Source: Octopus vulgaris (lineage: Eukaryota). From it: a stretch of DNA of 64,000 nt. Position numbers and translations under genes: made by a program. The stretch lies in contig OX597827.1 of NCBI GenBank assembly GCA_951406725.2, forward strand, positions 75,082,001-75,146,000. The letters run 5' to 3'. Positions 26,210 to 40,496 of this stretch are shown here, in pieces (within the stretch, counting starts at the first letter, position 1; each line of letters begins with the position of its first letter). The notes beneath the pieces were generated by a model. It saw only the letters and a list, made by a program, of their open reading frames with translations, made no database searches and had not been told where the DNA came from.

Positions 26210-27423
26210 ATATAAATAATGAGTATATATGTACTTATATATATAATGTGTGCATTATGTAGTCGGTTGAGCTGAAAATATGCACACCTATGTTAAAAGT
26301 GCTGGGGAGTTTGCATGGCAACTATTTTTTTCCTCAAATGAAAGGCGTAACATATAGGACAAAATTCCTCATCTTATAAAATGTGGCCCGATTAGACCCG
26401 AATGAAATCGGGTTATATTAACCAAAGTGTGAAAAGGGGTCTAAATGGGGTTGGAAGGGGATTAAAATTTACAGGAGCGGGTGTTTAGGAATTCTCTGTT
26501 ACATCAAGCTAAAAAATTGGCGCCAGCCTTTTAAATCGTCAATGTGTTGCTGTCTATGATGAAGAAGTTTTGAATGCTTGCCATGGTGAGTCTACTGTTG
26601 TGAGAAAGAATCACTTCAAAACTTAGTGTTTAGGAATTTTTTTTTACATCAAGTTCAAAATTTTATGCCAGCCGTTAAACTGCCACTATGTTGCTGTCCG
26701 TCGTTAAGAAATGCCAGCCATGGTGACTCTACTATCTTCAGATTCCATCCCTTCAAACTTTGGTTTCCAATATTCTTTTTTTTCAGCTCGCAAGTTCGTC
26801 TGTCCCTTTTAAACGTTAGTGTTTTGCTTTCTGCCTTGAAGCAGACCTTTCCGTTGTCACTGCCTGATATTTATGATTGATCTTTCAAACTACTTTCTTT
26901 CTCAACTTACTCACGATTGTTTATAAATGGGAGAGAGATAGATAGAGAAAGATAGAGAGTAAGAGAAAGCGAGGGAGAGTCCGAGAGAAAGGAAGAGTAA
27001 GAGAGTGGGAAAGGGAGAGAGAAACAAAGAGGGAGAATCATCATCATCATCATCATTTAACGTCCGTTTTCCCGTGCTAGCATGGGTTGGACGGTTTGAC
27101 TGGGGTCTGGGAAGCCAGGAGGCTGCACCAGGTTCCAGTCTGATCTGGCAGGGTTTCTACAGCTGGATGCCCTTCCTAACGCCAACCACTCCGTGATTGT
27201 AGTGGATGCCTTTTACGTGCCACCGGCACAGGTGCCACGGGGGAGGAGCGCTGGCAGCGGCCACGATCGGTTGGTGCTTTTTACATGCCACCGGCACAGA
27301 AGCCAGTCAAGGCGGCGCTGCCATCGGTCACGTTCGGATGGTGCTTTTTACGTGCCGAAAGGATGCAACAGAAAATAACAACTACACTCTTACCCGCGCG
27401 TAGAGCGGGTCACCTTAAGCTAG
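25375..27423 (+). mobile_element. Non-autonomous Helitron, copy 1
   Basis: A|TCTCTATATTATAAA start; ACCCGC-gcgtaga-GCGGGT hairpin then CTAG|T end; collinear with 49252-51188. Confidence 0.82.
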
Positions 27424-27424
27424 T

Positions 27425-30400
27425 ATCATCATCACCATCATCATCGTTTAGCGTCCGTTTTCCATGCTAGCATGGGTTGGACGGTTCTACTGGGGTCTGT
27501 GAAGCCAGAAGGCTTCATCAGGCCCAGTCAAATCTGGCAGTGTTTCTACGGCTGGATGCCCTTCCTAACGCCAACCACTCCGTGAGTGTAGTGGGTGCTT
27601 TTTACGTGCCACCCGCACAGGTGCCAGACAGAGCTGGCAAACAGCCACGAACGGATGGTGCTTTTTATGTGCCACCGGCACGAGGGCCAGGCGAGGCTGG
27701 CAATGGACACGAAACGGGGCGGTGCTGGCAACGGTCGTGAAACGGAAGGTTCTCTTACATGCCACCGGCACTGGTAACACATCTGCAATTTCCATTGATC
27801 GATTTCGATTCTGATCCTCACTTGCCTCAACGGGTCTTCACAAGTAGAGTTTCGACATGCCACCGGCACTGGTAACACATCTGCAATTTCCATTGATCGA
27901 TTTCGATTCTGATCCTCACTTGCCTCAACAGGTCTTCACAAGTAGAGTTTTGTGTCCCAAGAAGGGAAGGTATGCATACGTAGGCTGGCTCCATCCCATG
28001 TAGAAGGCCACGGGTTATGGACTCACTTGTCCTGCCGGGTCTTCTTGCGCACAGCACACTTCCAGAGGTCTCGGTCTCTAGTCATTTCCTCAGTGAGACC
28101 TAGAGTTCGAAGGTCGTGCTTCACCACCTCGTCCCAGGTTTTCCTGGGTCTGCCTCTTCCACAGGTTCCCTCAACTGCTAGGGTGTGGCACTTTTTCACA
28201 CAACTATCTTCATCCATTCTCGCCACATGACCATACCAGCGCAAACGTCTCTCTTGCACACCACAACTGATGCTTCTTAGGTCCAGCTTTTCTCTCAAGG
28301 TACTTACACTCTGCTGAGTATGAGTACTGACATTACACATCCATCGGAGCATACTGGCTTCATTTCTTGCGAGCTTACGCATATCCTCAGCAGTCACGAC
28401 CCATGTTTCACTGCCATGTAGCATGGCTGTTCGTACACACGCATCATACAGTCTGCCTTTCACTCTGTGCGAGAGGCCTTTTGTCACCAGCAGAGGTAAG
28501 AGCTCTCTGAACTTTGCCCAAGCGATTCTTACTCTAGCAGTTACACTTTCAGCACACCCGCCCCCGCTGCTGACTTGGTCACCTAGGTAACGGAAACTAT
28601 CAACTATTTCTAGTTTTTCTCTCTGGAAAGTGACGGAAGTTGGTCTCAGAGCATTTTCAGTGTTTATTGCTCCTGAGCATCTGCCACATACAAAAACCAT
28701 CTTCCTAGTTAGCCTTCCTTTGACATTGCTGCACCTCTTATGTGTCCATAGCTTACACTTGGTGCATCTTATAGAGTTTCTACCTACACCTTTTCTACAG
28801 ATCGAGCAGGGCCATCTACCTGAAGGCGTTTGTGATTTGTCTACCTTCCTACTGATTATGACTTTGGTTTTAGCTAGATTGACTCTGAGGCCCTTCGATT
28901 CTAATCCTTGTTTCCACACCTGAAACTTCTCCAGTTCTGATAGCAACTCAGCAATTAGAGCAAGGTCATCAGCATAGAGGAGCTCCCAGGGGCATCCTGT
29001 CTTGAATTCCTCCGTTATTGCCTGGAGGACTATGATAAATAGGAGGGGGCCTGAGTACTGAGCCTTGGTGGACCCCTACCTCTACCCGGAATTCTTCACT
29101 GTACTCGTTTCCAACCCTCACCCTACTAGCAGCGTCCTTATACATGGCCCGCACAGCTCTCACTAACCATTCATCTATCCCTAGTTTCCTCATTGACCAC
29201 CAGATAAGGGATCGGGGGACCCTGTCAAAGGCTTTCTCCATGTCAACAAAAGCCAGGTACAGGGGCTTATCTTTGGCTAGGTATTTCTCCTGCAGCTGCC
29301 TTACCAGGAATATAGCATCAGTAGTACTTTTCCCTGGCACAAACCCAAACTGCATCTCATCTAAACTAACTCTCTCTCTAATTAGTTGGGCTATGACCCT
29401 CTCCGTAACCTTCATCACCTGATCCAACAGCTTGATACCTCTGTAGTTATTTGTATCTAGGGCGTCACCTTTACCTTTGTAGCAGTTGACTATTATGCTG
29501 CTACACCAGTCATTGGGTATGACTCCTTTGTGTATCACCTGATTAACTATACGGGTGACTAGGCTATAGCCAACACTACCAGACATTTTGAGCATCTCTG
29601 CAGTGATTCCTGATGGGCCTGGGGCTTTCCCTGTCTTCATGCTTCTAATTGCCTTAGCTACCATGGAACTATCAACTCAGATAGCTGGTCCCTCTGTTGG
29701 GTCAACATTCAGCAGACTCTCTTTATCCCATTCATTTTCTTTATTCAGCAACCTTTCATAGTGGCATCTCCAAACCTCTCTCTTTGCATCCTCATTTAGC
29801 ACAAGTAAACCATCTTCCATGCAAACACACTTCTCTCCTACCACATCACGATTCTCTCTCACACACTGTCTTGCAATGCGAAACACCTCCAGTCTTTGGT
29901 CCTCACGGCGCAGAACATTGGCAAATTTTTTCTTATCTGCTTCCCCTCTGGCTAAATAAACCTGTCTCCTAGCTTCTCTTTTGACAGTCTGATACAATTC
30001 CCTGCTACCCCCATTTTTCCAGACCTTCCAAGCCTGTCTCTTTTCTCTAATAGCCCTGTCTACAATATTGTTCCACCACCACGTTATTCTAGGTCGAGAG
30101 GGGACTTTGCACCAGCCACAGATCTGGTCAGTGGCTCTCAGCAGGTTGTCCCTTAGAAACGTCCAGCTGTCTTCTACCCCCTGTGATGCTCCATCCCCTT
30201 CTACTTCGTCAGAGGCTTCAAGTAATATGTCCCTAAATCTCTGTCCATTTGCAGGATCTTTAAGCTTCCAGATCCTTCTTTTCCATATTGGTCGTCTTCT
30301 GGTTGTCCTCCTAGTCCTGATCCTAAAGTCACCAACTACCAGTCTATGTTGTGGGGTACATTCTTCACCTGGGAAGGTTTTGGCATTTATAAGCAGCCAT

Positions 30401-30826
30401 CTCTCCCTTTGCCTTGCAAGGATGTAGTCAATTTGGCTGGTATGTTGGCCCGATCGGTAAGTGACTAGGTGGCTGGTAGGTTTCCTGAAGTTAGTGTTGC
30501 AAATCATAAGATTATTTGCATCGCAGAACTCCAGCAGCCTGGTCCCCTCCTCGTTGCGGGAGCCATAGCCATAGCCTCCATGTACGCCATGGAAGCCCCC
30601 AGCATGTCGTCCAACGTGACCATTGAAGTCGCCAGCCACAAAGATGAGGTCTCTGCCGTTCGTCAACGAGGTAGTCTGCAGTAGAGTGTCATAGAATCGG
30701 TCTTTCTGTCCATCGAGTAGCCCCGACTGAGGAGCATAGGCTGATATAATGGTTGCTAAACTATGATGAAGCACTAATCTAATCTTAAGTATTCTGTCAC
30801 ATACTCTGATTACCTCAATTACTTTA

Positions 30827-30828
<2 letters not shown>
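27425..30828 (-). mobile_element. RTE-type LINE, 5'-truncated, endonuclease-RT with PHD-like finger, frameshifted
   Basis: ORFs 29677-30774 (SAYAPQ, AGDFNGHVG, QIDYIL), 28969-29664 (NYRGIKLL, FVDMEKAFDRV, QGSVL), 28023-28946 (CxxC...CxxC...HxxC...CxxC; RLRWYGHV); (GAT)n tail at 27425; ~90-100 bp tandem duplication in the 3' UTR (27757-27949). Confidence 0.95.
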
Positions 30829-30859
<31 letters not shown>

Positions 30860-31062
30860 CGATAGGTGAATGAATTATCCTATGTTTACCGTCAGCATGG
30901 AAAATTCGATGAACCGATACCAGGGTAGCAAATTCACGTCAGAAACACGGTTGAAGCGACCTGTCCAAGGGTAGAAACTCCGGGTTCATGTGCAGAAATT
31001 TGTGTTATATATGAATAAATAAAAGAATGGAGTCGAACAAAGATGTTAGCAAAATTCCTTTA

Positions 31063-31144
31063 CTTTTGACATATGTTTTGAAGACAATATAGTTTCATTC
31101 CAAAGGAATAAAGGGTTCAAGATGCAATCTTCTCATCAGGAAAG
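31063..31144 (-). ncRNA. Degenerate type I hammerhead-like motif
   Basis: CTTTC-CTGATGA-GAAGA...TCTTC-AAAAC-ATAT-GTC-AAAAG; GAAAC is changed to AAAAC. Confidence 0.45.
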
Positions 31145-31984
31145 AAAGGGAGCCTCTCCCAACAAGACAAACAAAAATTTCGATGACTGCCTACATGGTA
31201 AACAAAACGATAATAAGTGTTTTAAAAAACCGTTAGTAGAATTGACGTCAAAGTTAGATAGTAGGAAGAGAAGGGTTAAAGGAATAATAGGTAGGGAACA
31301 AGTGGAGAGGGAAGGCTACATTGATTAAAAGAATGTTCAAAGGCTTAGGAAATAATTTCGCCACTTCAATAGAACAAGACCAGTTCTTGACTGAAGATTA
31401 GAGGCTTCTAATGACCCGTCCGTTTTTTGTGTTGTCTATTTGAGTGTTTTGCGTTCTTGTCCCATTTTGTATTTTTATATATATTTTTTATACATATATT
31501 ATCGCGGCGTAACGTACATCTTGTTCTCTTATGTATGTAAGCATCCCACTATTATACGTCTTCTACACACACTTTCTCTATACTTCACTAGTCTCTGTCT
31601 TTCTCTTTTCTCGCCTCTGATTCTTTGGTCTCCTCTTCCCCCACTCTCTCACATTTCTCTGTCTTTCTCACTTTGCACCTCACTGATTCTCTTCGTCAAG
31701 CCAATCCTTGGCACGATCTCTTTCTTCTCCCCTCTTTAATTCCTTCTTTCTCTCTCTTCTCCCCCTCTTTGGTGCCTTTGTCCCTCTTTTTCCCTCTATC
31801 TTTGATTCCTTTGCCCCTTATTTTCTCCCTTTCTTCTCCTCTCACATGACCGCCGGTCAACTAGCCTTTCAGCTTCTGAGCACCGCCACGCAACATCGAT
31901 CTCTTCGTCTGCCATAAAGGCATTATTTTCCAAATACGCCAGCTAAGCTTCATGAAACTGTCTAAAGTCGTAGGACACCCGCTG

Positions 31985-32274
31985 TTTTTGTCCTGTTATT
32001 ACTATTATTGCTTTTTGTATTTATATTCGTGTTGCACCGTCCGTTTTTCTGTCCTTGTTTCGTATACATTCGATCCTTTTTCCAAGAAATCTAATGCTCG
32101 TAGCTTAGTTTTTCTTTGGGGCTGGCCAGATCGGAGCAATCTCAAAATTAATCAGCCAAAATTGCGAGTATGATCTGGTTCTTGACTGAAGAATAGAGGC
32201 TTCGAATGACCCGTCCGTTTTTTGTGTCGTCTATTTGAGTGTTACGCGTTCTTGTCCCATTTTGTATTTTAATA

Positions 32275-32275
<1 letters not shown>
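31985..32275. repeat. Interspersed repeat; related copies at 57800-58080 and 31380-31480
   Basis: Shared ccgtttttctgtccttgtttcg...gatccttttccaagaaatctaatgctcg...gactgaaga sequence. Confidence 0.75.
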
Positions 32276-32325
<50 letters not shown>

Positions 32326-32475
32326 CATATAAGGGAGAATTCACAAAACAAAACAAAAGACGAAGACAAATGATGTAGACAACAAACAGATGTATTAGTA
32401 TAACGCTCGGGAAGTGAAAAGTCTTTAACGTTTCGAGCCTTACATACACACACACACACACACACACGCACACAT

Positions 32476-32510
<35 letters not shown>

Positions 32511-32557
32511 AATATATATACATATAAGTATATATACATATAAATATATACATATAA

Positions 32558-32605
<48 letters not shown>

Positions 32606-32812
32606 TGTTGTATTTAGGAATGGTCATTTTGCCAGTTTAGCCAATAAAAACACACGCACTATATATTTGGTGTTACTTTGCTTCAGTGTTATTTTTTGTT
32701 ATTTATTTTTTTACATTAATCTTAATCTTATTTCGGCCAGAGTTCTTTCGTCACACTCCTGTGACCGCATCAGTGGTCCTTTGTTTTCTTCTTACTTATT
32801 TGTGTCTCTCCT

Positions 32813-32854
<42 letters not shown>

Positions 32855-33220
32855 TCATCATCATCATCATTTAAAGTCCGCTTTCCATGCTAGCATGGGT
32901 TGGACGATTTTGACTGAGGGCTGGCGAACCAGGCTCTAATCGTGATCTGGCAGAGTTTCTACAGCTGGATGCCCTTCCTAATGCCAACCACTCCGAGAGT
33001 GTAGTGGGTGCTTTTTACATGCCACCGGCACAGGGGCCAGTCAGGCGATACTGGCAATGACTTCACTTGAATCTTTTTACACATGCCACCAGCACAGGTG
33101 CCAGTGAAGCGACGTTGGTAACGATCACGCTCGAATGGTGCCTTTTACATGCCACCGGCACGAAGGCCAGTATCTGTGGCACATAAAAGGGCACCATTCG
33201 AGCGCGATCGTTACCAACAT
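32855..33220 (-). mobile_element. RTE LINE 3' UTR fragment
   Basis: (CAT)n then ttccatgctagcatgggttggacg...ggatgcccttcctaatgccaaccactcc, as at 27425-27760. Confidence 0.85.
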
Positions 33221-33587
33221 CCCATGTCATTAACCAGAAAAATGCAAAGATTCACTCATAAATTAAAAATAATTATTATATCATAAACACACTTACTACT
33301 CATTATCTGACATTAAACCTTGATTACTTCTTACATACAAATTAAACTTTGTTTCTCTCTCTCTCTCTCATACACCCAAACTCTCCACCACACACACACA
33401 CACAAATTAAGCAAATATATACACATACACTCGGTGCCAAGTAGTTGAAACAATGATCTGCAGCCATGCCGTGATACGCATGGCTGATTATGGAATCACA
33501 GATGTACCTTGATTAGCAATCTATCCAGGTTATCCTTGCATCATCTTTTCATTTGACAGTTGAGCAATGAAGCTCTGAAGCCCTGAA

Positions 33588-33636
<49 letters not shown>

Positions 33637-33660
33637 TATACATATATATACATATATATA

Positions 33661-34425
33661 CACTGACTTTGCTGACGACATCGCTCTTATCAGTGTTTCT
33701 CTCTCCAATGCCCAGTCTCTTTTACAATCTCTTGAACAAGCCTCAAATTGTGTAGGTCTTTACCTCAATGAGGCCAAAACTGAATACATAAACAAGTGCC
33801 TGTCCAACAGTGATTGCATCATCCATACTCTCAACAGTGCGCCTTTAAATATGGTTTCTGATTATAAATATCTTGGGTCATACATATCATCATCTGGAAA
33901 AGACTTTCTAACTAGAAAGGGTATGGCCTGGTCAGCCTATAATGACATGCATAAGATCTGGTCATCAAATCTAAGTAGAGACTTCAAACTTGAAATATTC
34001 AAAACCACAGTCGAACCAATTCTACTATATGGCTCAGAAACCTGGACGTTATCAAAGAAGCTTGAGAGGCGGTTGGATGGAACCTACACTCGCCTCCTTA
34101 TGAGAGCTCAAAATCTCTCGTGGAAGCGCCATCCAACCAAAATGCAAATATATGGGAAACTACCACCTGTGTCATCTCTTGTGAAAGGTAGGAGAGTCCA
34201 GTTTGCTGGACATTGTTGTAGAGCTGAAAAAGAAGAAATTTCTACTCTTCTCCTCTGGAAGCCATCTACTCGCAATACCAGAGGGCGCACACTCTCCTAC
34301 CCTGATGTAATCTCCAGGGATACAGGCATCCAGCAACAGGACCTCCGTAATGCTATGATGGACCGTGAAGTCTGGCGTAACATAGTAAATTCCATTGTCT
34401 TGACCACGGTCGAACAATGATGATG
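33661..34425 (+). mobile_element. RTE-like LINE 3' fragment (second family)
   Basis: DFADDIAL RT motif, YKYLGS, ILLYGSETWTL, FAGHC; TGATGATG tail; begins abruptly after (TA)n. Confidence 0.88.
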
Positions 34426-34430
34426 TTGAC

Positions 34431-34483
<53 letters not shown>

Positions 34484-34504
34484 CATATATATACATATAT
34501 ATAC

Positions 34505-34551
<47 letters not shown>

Positions 34552-34553
<2 letters not shown>

Positions 34554-34780
34554 GCGGCGAGCTGGCAGAAACGTTAGCACGCCGGGCGAAATGCTTAGCG
34601 GTATTTCGTCTGCCGCTACGTTCTGAGTTCAAATTCCGCCGAGGTCGACTTTGCCTTTCATCCTTTCGGGGTCGATAAATAAAGTACCAGTTTCGCACTG
34701 GGGGTCGTTGTAATCGACTTAATCCCTTTGTCTGTCCTTGTTTGTCCCCTCTATGTTTAGCCCCTTGTGGGCAATAAAGA
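34552..34780 (+). mobile_element. tRNA-derived SINE, well preserved, inserted in (TA)n
   Basis: A-box-like gctggcagaaacgttagc, B-box gagttcaaattcc; ends gcaataaagaaa. Confidence 0.88.
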
Positions 34781-35648
<868 letters not shown>

Positions 35649-35651
<3 letters not shown>

Positions 35652-35749
35652 GTCGCTTTAAGACCGCGACCTGTTCATTGACAAAAATCCGTGCTGCATC
35701 TCTTTTGTCATTTTTGTCAGTGAACAGATCGAGGTCTTAAAGCGACGAA
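35649..35749. repeat. Hairpin with ~40 bp arms
   Basis: ttcgtcgctttaagacc...tgacaaaaat / atttttgtca...ggtcttaaagcgacgaa. Confidence 0.85.
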
Positions 35750-35897
35750 AATATTTTGACAAATTAAACTTAAATGTTGAAGTGAATCGAACGGCTTTTG
35801 TGTGTTTCTTAAATGGCTTACAAACACCTTCTATGCTGCAATTGTTTTCGTTTCAGCACATGATCTCAGATCAAATCACTTGCTATGCAAGTAAATA

Positions 35898-35963
<66 letters not shown>

Positions 35964-36783
35964 GTATATATGTTAGTATATCTCTCCCACTGTTGTTCTT
36001 TATCCTTTCTGTTTTTCCTCTCCCACCCTTCCCTATTCTTCTCCTCTCCCCTTTACTGTTACTCTCTCTTACTCCTCCCCCTCGACTCTCTCGTCACTGA
36101 CACGGGACTAGGGGTAAGCAATCTTTCCAATTGCTATCTTCACCAAGACAAGGCCTCTCTCATAATAAGCTGTCTCCTCAAACGTCCAAAATAATTTTTC
36201 CATCATCTTGGCATAACAACCCTCATCATTTGTTTTTAATGCGTTATTCTCTTTCTTCTGTCTTTTACTGTGTTTACTTTTATTGTTCTTACTGTCCTGT
36301 TCTTGTTACCACTTTTACCCCTCCACAAAAAATCCCAAATTTTATTTAATTTGCTTTGCAGGAAGGACTGTTTCAACGAAGTCGCATCTTGTCCTTACCT
36401 TCGGAATGCGGAGTAGACGAAACTGTAGAAGAGGAATATTCTTTGTGTTGTATGCCTTGTACACTGTTTATTTTTTCGTTGTTTGAAAAATAGTTCGTTT
36501 CTATGTTTTTGTTTTCATATTTTCGTTTCTCGTTGTGTTCAACGTTTTTTTGACGTCCTGTACCCATATATGCATGTATATATACATATAGATGTAGGTA
36601 TGTACATATATGTATGTATATATGCATATACTTATATATTATTTATATTATTATATGATCGAACGCCATGCATCCTTTTCCAAATAAGTTTTATCTATAT
36701 ATATATATATATATATAGGTCCCGGGTTGAGTCGGGGTTAACCACAGTAAATAAGGTACTCAATACATAGCAGAGTAAATTAA

Positions 36784-36907
36784 TTTATTTTGTAGATGGA
36801 GCTTCTACAGGACTAGAACTGTTTCATTCAAAAGAAATCATCATTCCTGATGATTTCTTTTGAATGAAACAGTTCTAGTCCTGTAGAAGCTCCTTCTACA
36901 AAATAAA
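36784..36907. repeat. Near-perfect 60 bp foldback with 4 nt loop and hammerhead-like core
   Basis: 36784-36843 is the reverse complement of 36848-36907 with one mismatch; plus strand has CTGATGA-TTTC-tttt-GAAT-GAAAC. Confidence 0.85.
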
Positions 36908-36941
36908 AAAATATATATATGTATATATATATATATGTATA

Positions 36942-36992
<51 letters not shown>

Positions 36993-37006
36993 ACATATAT
37001 ATATAC

Positions 37007-37050
<44 letters not shown>

Positions 37051-37094
37051 ATATATATATACATGTATATATATATATATACATGTATATATAT

Positions 37095-37207
<113 letters not shown>

Positions 37208-37316
37208 TATATACATATATATATATATATACATATATATATACACACATATATATATACACATATATATATACATATATATATACACATATATATATAT
37301 ACATATATATATACAC

Positions 37317-37367
<51 letters not shown>

Positions 37368-37410
37368 CATCATCATCGTTTAACGTCCGTTTTCCGTGCT
37401 AGCACGGGTT

Positions 37411-37448
<38 letters not shown>

Positions 37449-37469
37449 TTATATATAAATGCATACTTG

Positions 37470-38342
37470 ACAGAGTGTAAGTGCCTTGAAAGAAAAGCTG
37501 GACCTAAGCAGCATCAGATGTGGTCCGCAAGAGAGACGACTGCACTGGTATGGTCATGTGGTACGATTGGATGAGGATAGCTATGTGAAAAAGTGTCACA
37601 CTCTAGCAGTTGAGGGAAACTGTGGAAGAGGTAGACCCATGAAGACCTGGGATGAGGTGGTGAAGCACGATCTTCAAACATTAGGCCTCACCGAGGCAAT
37701 AACTAGTGACTGGGACCTTTAGAAATATGCTGTGCTTAAGACCTGGCAAGCCAAGTGAGAACATAACCCGTGGCCTATGCCAGTGGTGTAACCAGCCCAT
37801 TTAGGCGCACCTTTCTTTCAATGGACACTAAACTCTGCTTGCGAAGACCTGTTGAAGCAAGTGAAATCGAAATCAAATGCAATGACAGCACCGCATGACT
37901 GGCATCCGTGCTAGTGGAGCTCTACAAGCACAATCCGAGCGTGATCGTTGCCAGGGCCGCTGACTGGCACGCAAAAAGCACCATTCGAGTGTGATCGTTA
38001 ACAGTGTCGCCTTTCTGGCACTTGCGCCGGTGGTACGTGAAAAACAACATTCGAGCGAGGGTGTTGCTAATGCTGCTGGATTGGCTCCTGTGCAGGTGAC
38101 ACGTAAAAACACTATTTGAGGGTGGCCGTTGCCAGTACCGCTTGACTGGCCCTCGTGCCAGTGGCACGTAAAAGCACCCACTACACTCTCAGATTGGTTA
38201 GCTTTAGGAAGGGCATCCAGCTGTAGAAACTCTGCAAGATCAGATTGGAGCCTGGTGCAGCCATCTGGCTCACCAGTCTCCAGTCAAACCGTCCAACCCA
38301 TGCCTGCATGGAAAGTGGACATTAAACGATGATGATGATGAT
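37470..38342 (+). mobile_element. RTE LINE 3' end (family of 27425-30828)
   Basis: RRLHWYGHV...CGRGRPMKTWDEVVKHDL, followed by the 3' UTR and (GAT)n tail. Confidence 0.9.
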
Positions 38343-38349
38343 GTGATGC

Positions 38350-38406
<57 letters not shown>

Positions 38407-38866
38407 TATTATAAAAGGCAGATTTTATCTGCCTCCCTTTGGGAGTTATACAAATCTACAATATAGGATTTCTTCAATTACAATTTACCTAGCAGTTTTA
38501 AGAGTACAATGCATCGCGTCATGCCAGGTCCAGTTTTTAAAATTTAAACTCCAATTAAGCAAAATTTACAGAAAACTCACATTCTGGTGTGTGTGTCAAA
38601 TGCTTTTCTTAGTCTGGTTTACACCACACGCAAACGCACACACACAGTGGGCAACGAATAAAGTGAAACTAGATGTAATATTTGTTTCTCTCTATCACGC
38701 TGATAGATACATGAGTAAAATGTATGGGAAGCTAACACATAAGTGTGAGTGAAAATGTTCTTGGAAGAGAGTAAATAGCCAGAGATAGTGATTTGAGGAA
38801 GACTTTAAATAACCGTAGTGGCTTGTGTCAGTAATAAAGTAAACATACACTCATACATACATACAT

Positions 38867-38903
<37 letters not shown>

Positions 38904-38974
38904 TACATACATACATACACACACACATACATACATACACACATACATACATACATACATATACATACATACAT

Positions 38975-39007
<33 letters not shown>

Positions 39008-39419
39008 TACACACACACAGTATTGAAGCTTGAGAACAATCAGATACATTTGCAACACATCTGTTGAAAATATTATTGTTCACACACATACATATACATA
39101 TATACATACAGACAGACAGACGGATAGACACACACACACACACACATGATCCAGCATGGCCACAACCTCAAGGCTGAAACATATAAAAGAATAACAGAAT
39201 ATAAATGTGTGCATGTGTGTGAGAGAGAGAGTGTGTGTGTATATGTATGTATGTATGTATGTATGTATATATATATATAATAATGCGGTTTTTTCAACAG
39301 CTTGAACTAAAAGTCAGAGGGGAATGGGATAAACTACTTATATTAACTTGCTATAAAAGCAGGTAGTAATTTTATCTTGTCCTTATTCATAGTGCAAGTT
39401 TTGAAGAGTGCATTTCGAT

Positions 39420-39710
39420 TTTAACAGCTATTTTTTTCAAAGCTATATTGGAACAGCCTAGAAGACGAGCCTCATCCTGAAAGATCTGTAGAACTCGACA
39501 AGGACATCCTGAAAACACTGGTGGAACAAAATCTCATCGTAACTGTTGAGGAACTAGCAGAGAATATTGGATTTGGTCATTCAACCATTCATTGAGACCT
39601 GTGTGCTATCGGAAAAGTCAGCAAATTGGGTCAATGGGTTCCTCACGAACTTTCCGAGTCTAATTGCATGCAGAGAGTGAATGTATGCTTTTCTTTGCTG
39701 TCACATCTCA
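39420..39710 (+). mobile_element. Mariner transposase fragment (HTH/WVPHEL region)
   Basis: LEDEP...TVEELA...GKVSKLGQWVPHEL. Confidence 0.8.
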
Positions 39711-39730
39711 CCACTACTGCGCTATGTATA

Positions 39731-40366
39731 TCTATATATATAAAACTGTAGTTGTGTGAGTGTCTGTCCCCTTCGATTTAGATTCCTAACTACTCCCACA
39801 TTTTGCAGTGCAGTTTAACCAAATTCAGGTATCTTATAGTCGTGATTCATATCGAGCCCGTCTGAGTATTAGCGCGCGTCTACGATGAGTCTACGATTTT
39901 AAAAATAATTTAACATCATTTTTTATTCCATTTTAATGCATAATTTTTCGTGTGTCGATGGCGGCGGAGTTGGCGTCCACGCTCACACCTGCACCTGTGG
40001 GGAAGGGAGTGTAAGGAAATCAACGTCGTAATGCGTTGTCAAGGAGACCAGCGTTCTTTTAGAACAACGACTTCATGGCTTGAAGACACCAAAACAGAAA
40101 TGGCTAAGAAAGCGTCTACATGAGTCTACGATTTAAAAAAAATTTACCATCGTTTTTTTTCCATTTTAATGCATTTTTTCGCTATTATATAAGGGAAGTA
40201 ACTCTCTAAAAATGTCTACGATGAGTCAACGATTTTTCAAAAAATTTACCATCATCTTTTTTCCATTTTTAATGCATTTTTTGCTCTTCTTTGGCTATAA
40301 CTCTCTAAAAATGCTTATATAGTTATTTCCCTTACAAACCCGAGCAACGCCGGGCGATACTGCTAG
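39731..40366 (+). mobile_element. Non-autonomous Helitron-like element with internal repeats
   Basis: A|TCTATATATATAAAA start; CCCG-agcaacgc-CGGG hairpin then CTAG|T; three copies of a gtctac(g)atgagtc-acgattt unit. Confidence 0.72.
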
Positions 40367-40418
40367 TATATATATATATATAAATTAATCAAAATAAAAA
40401 CATGATGCCAAGGATTCA

Positions 40419-40496
40419 GCGGTACATATGTTTCGGGCCTTTATTAGACGGATTTATAACAATGCATAATGTTTGTCTGTGGCCTTCTTCAGCCGC
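40419..40496 (-). ncRNA. Type I minimal hammerhead ribozyme candidate
   Basis: GCGG-CTGAAGA-AGGCC...GGCCC-GAAAC-ATAT-GTA-CCGC: stem I GCGG/CCGC, extended stem II, palindromic stem III. Confidence 0.7.

Noticed and set aside
27757-27949. Two direct repeats that might suggest a CRISPR-like or regulatory array
   Set aside because: Simple tandem duplication within an RTE 3' UTR; no spacers and a eukaryotic context.
31388-31422. CTGAAGA-hairpin motif (also near 32185 and 58012)
   Set aside because: The hairpin is followed by TGACCCGTC rather than GAAAC, so the hammerhead core is incomplete in all three copies.
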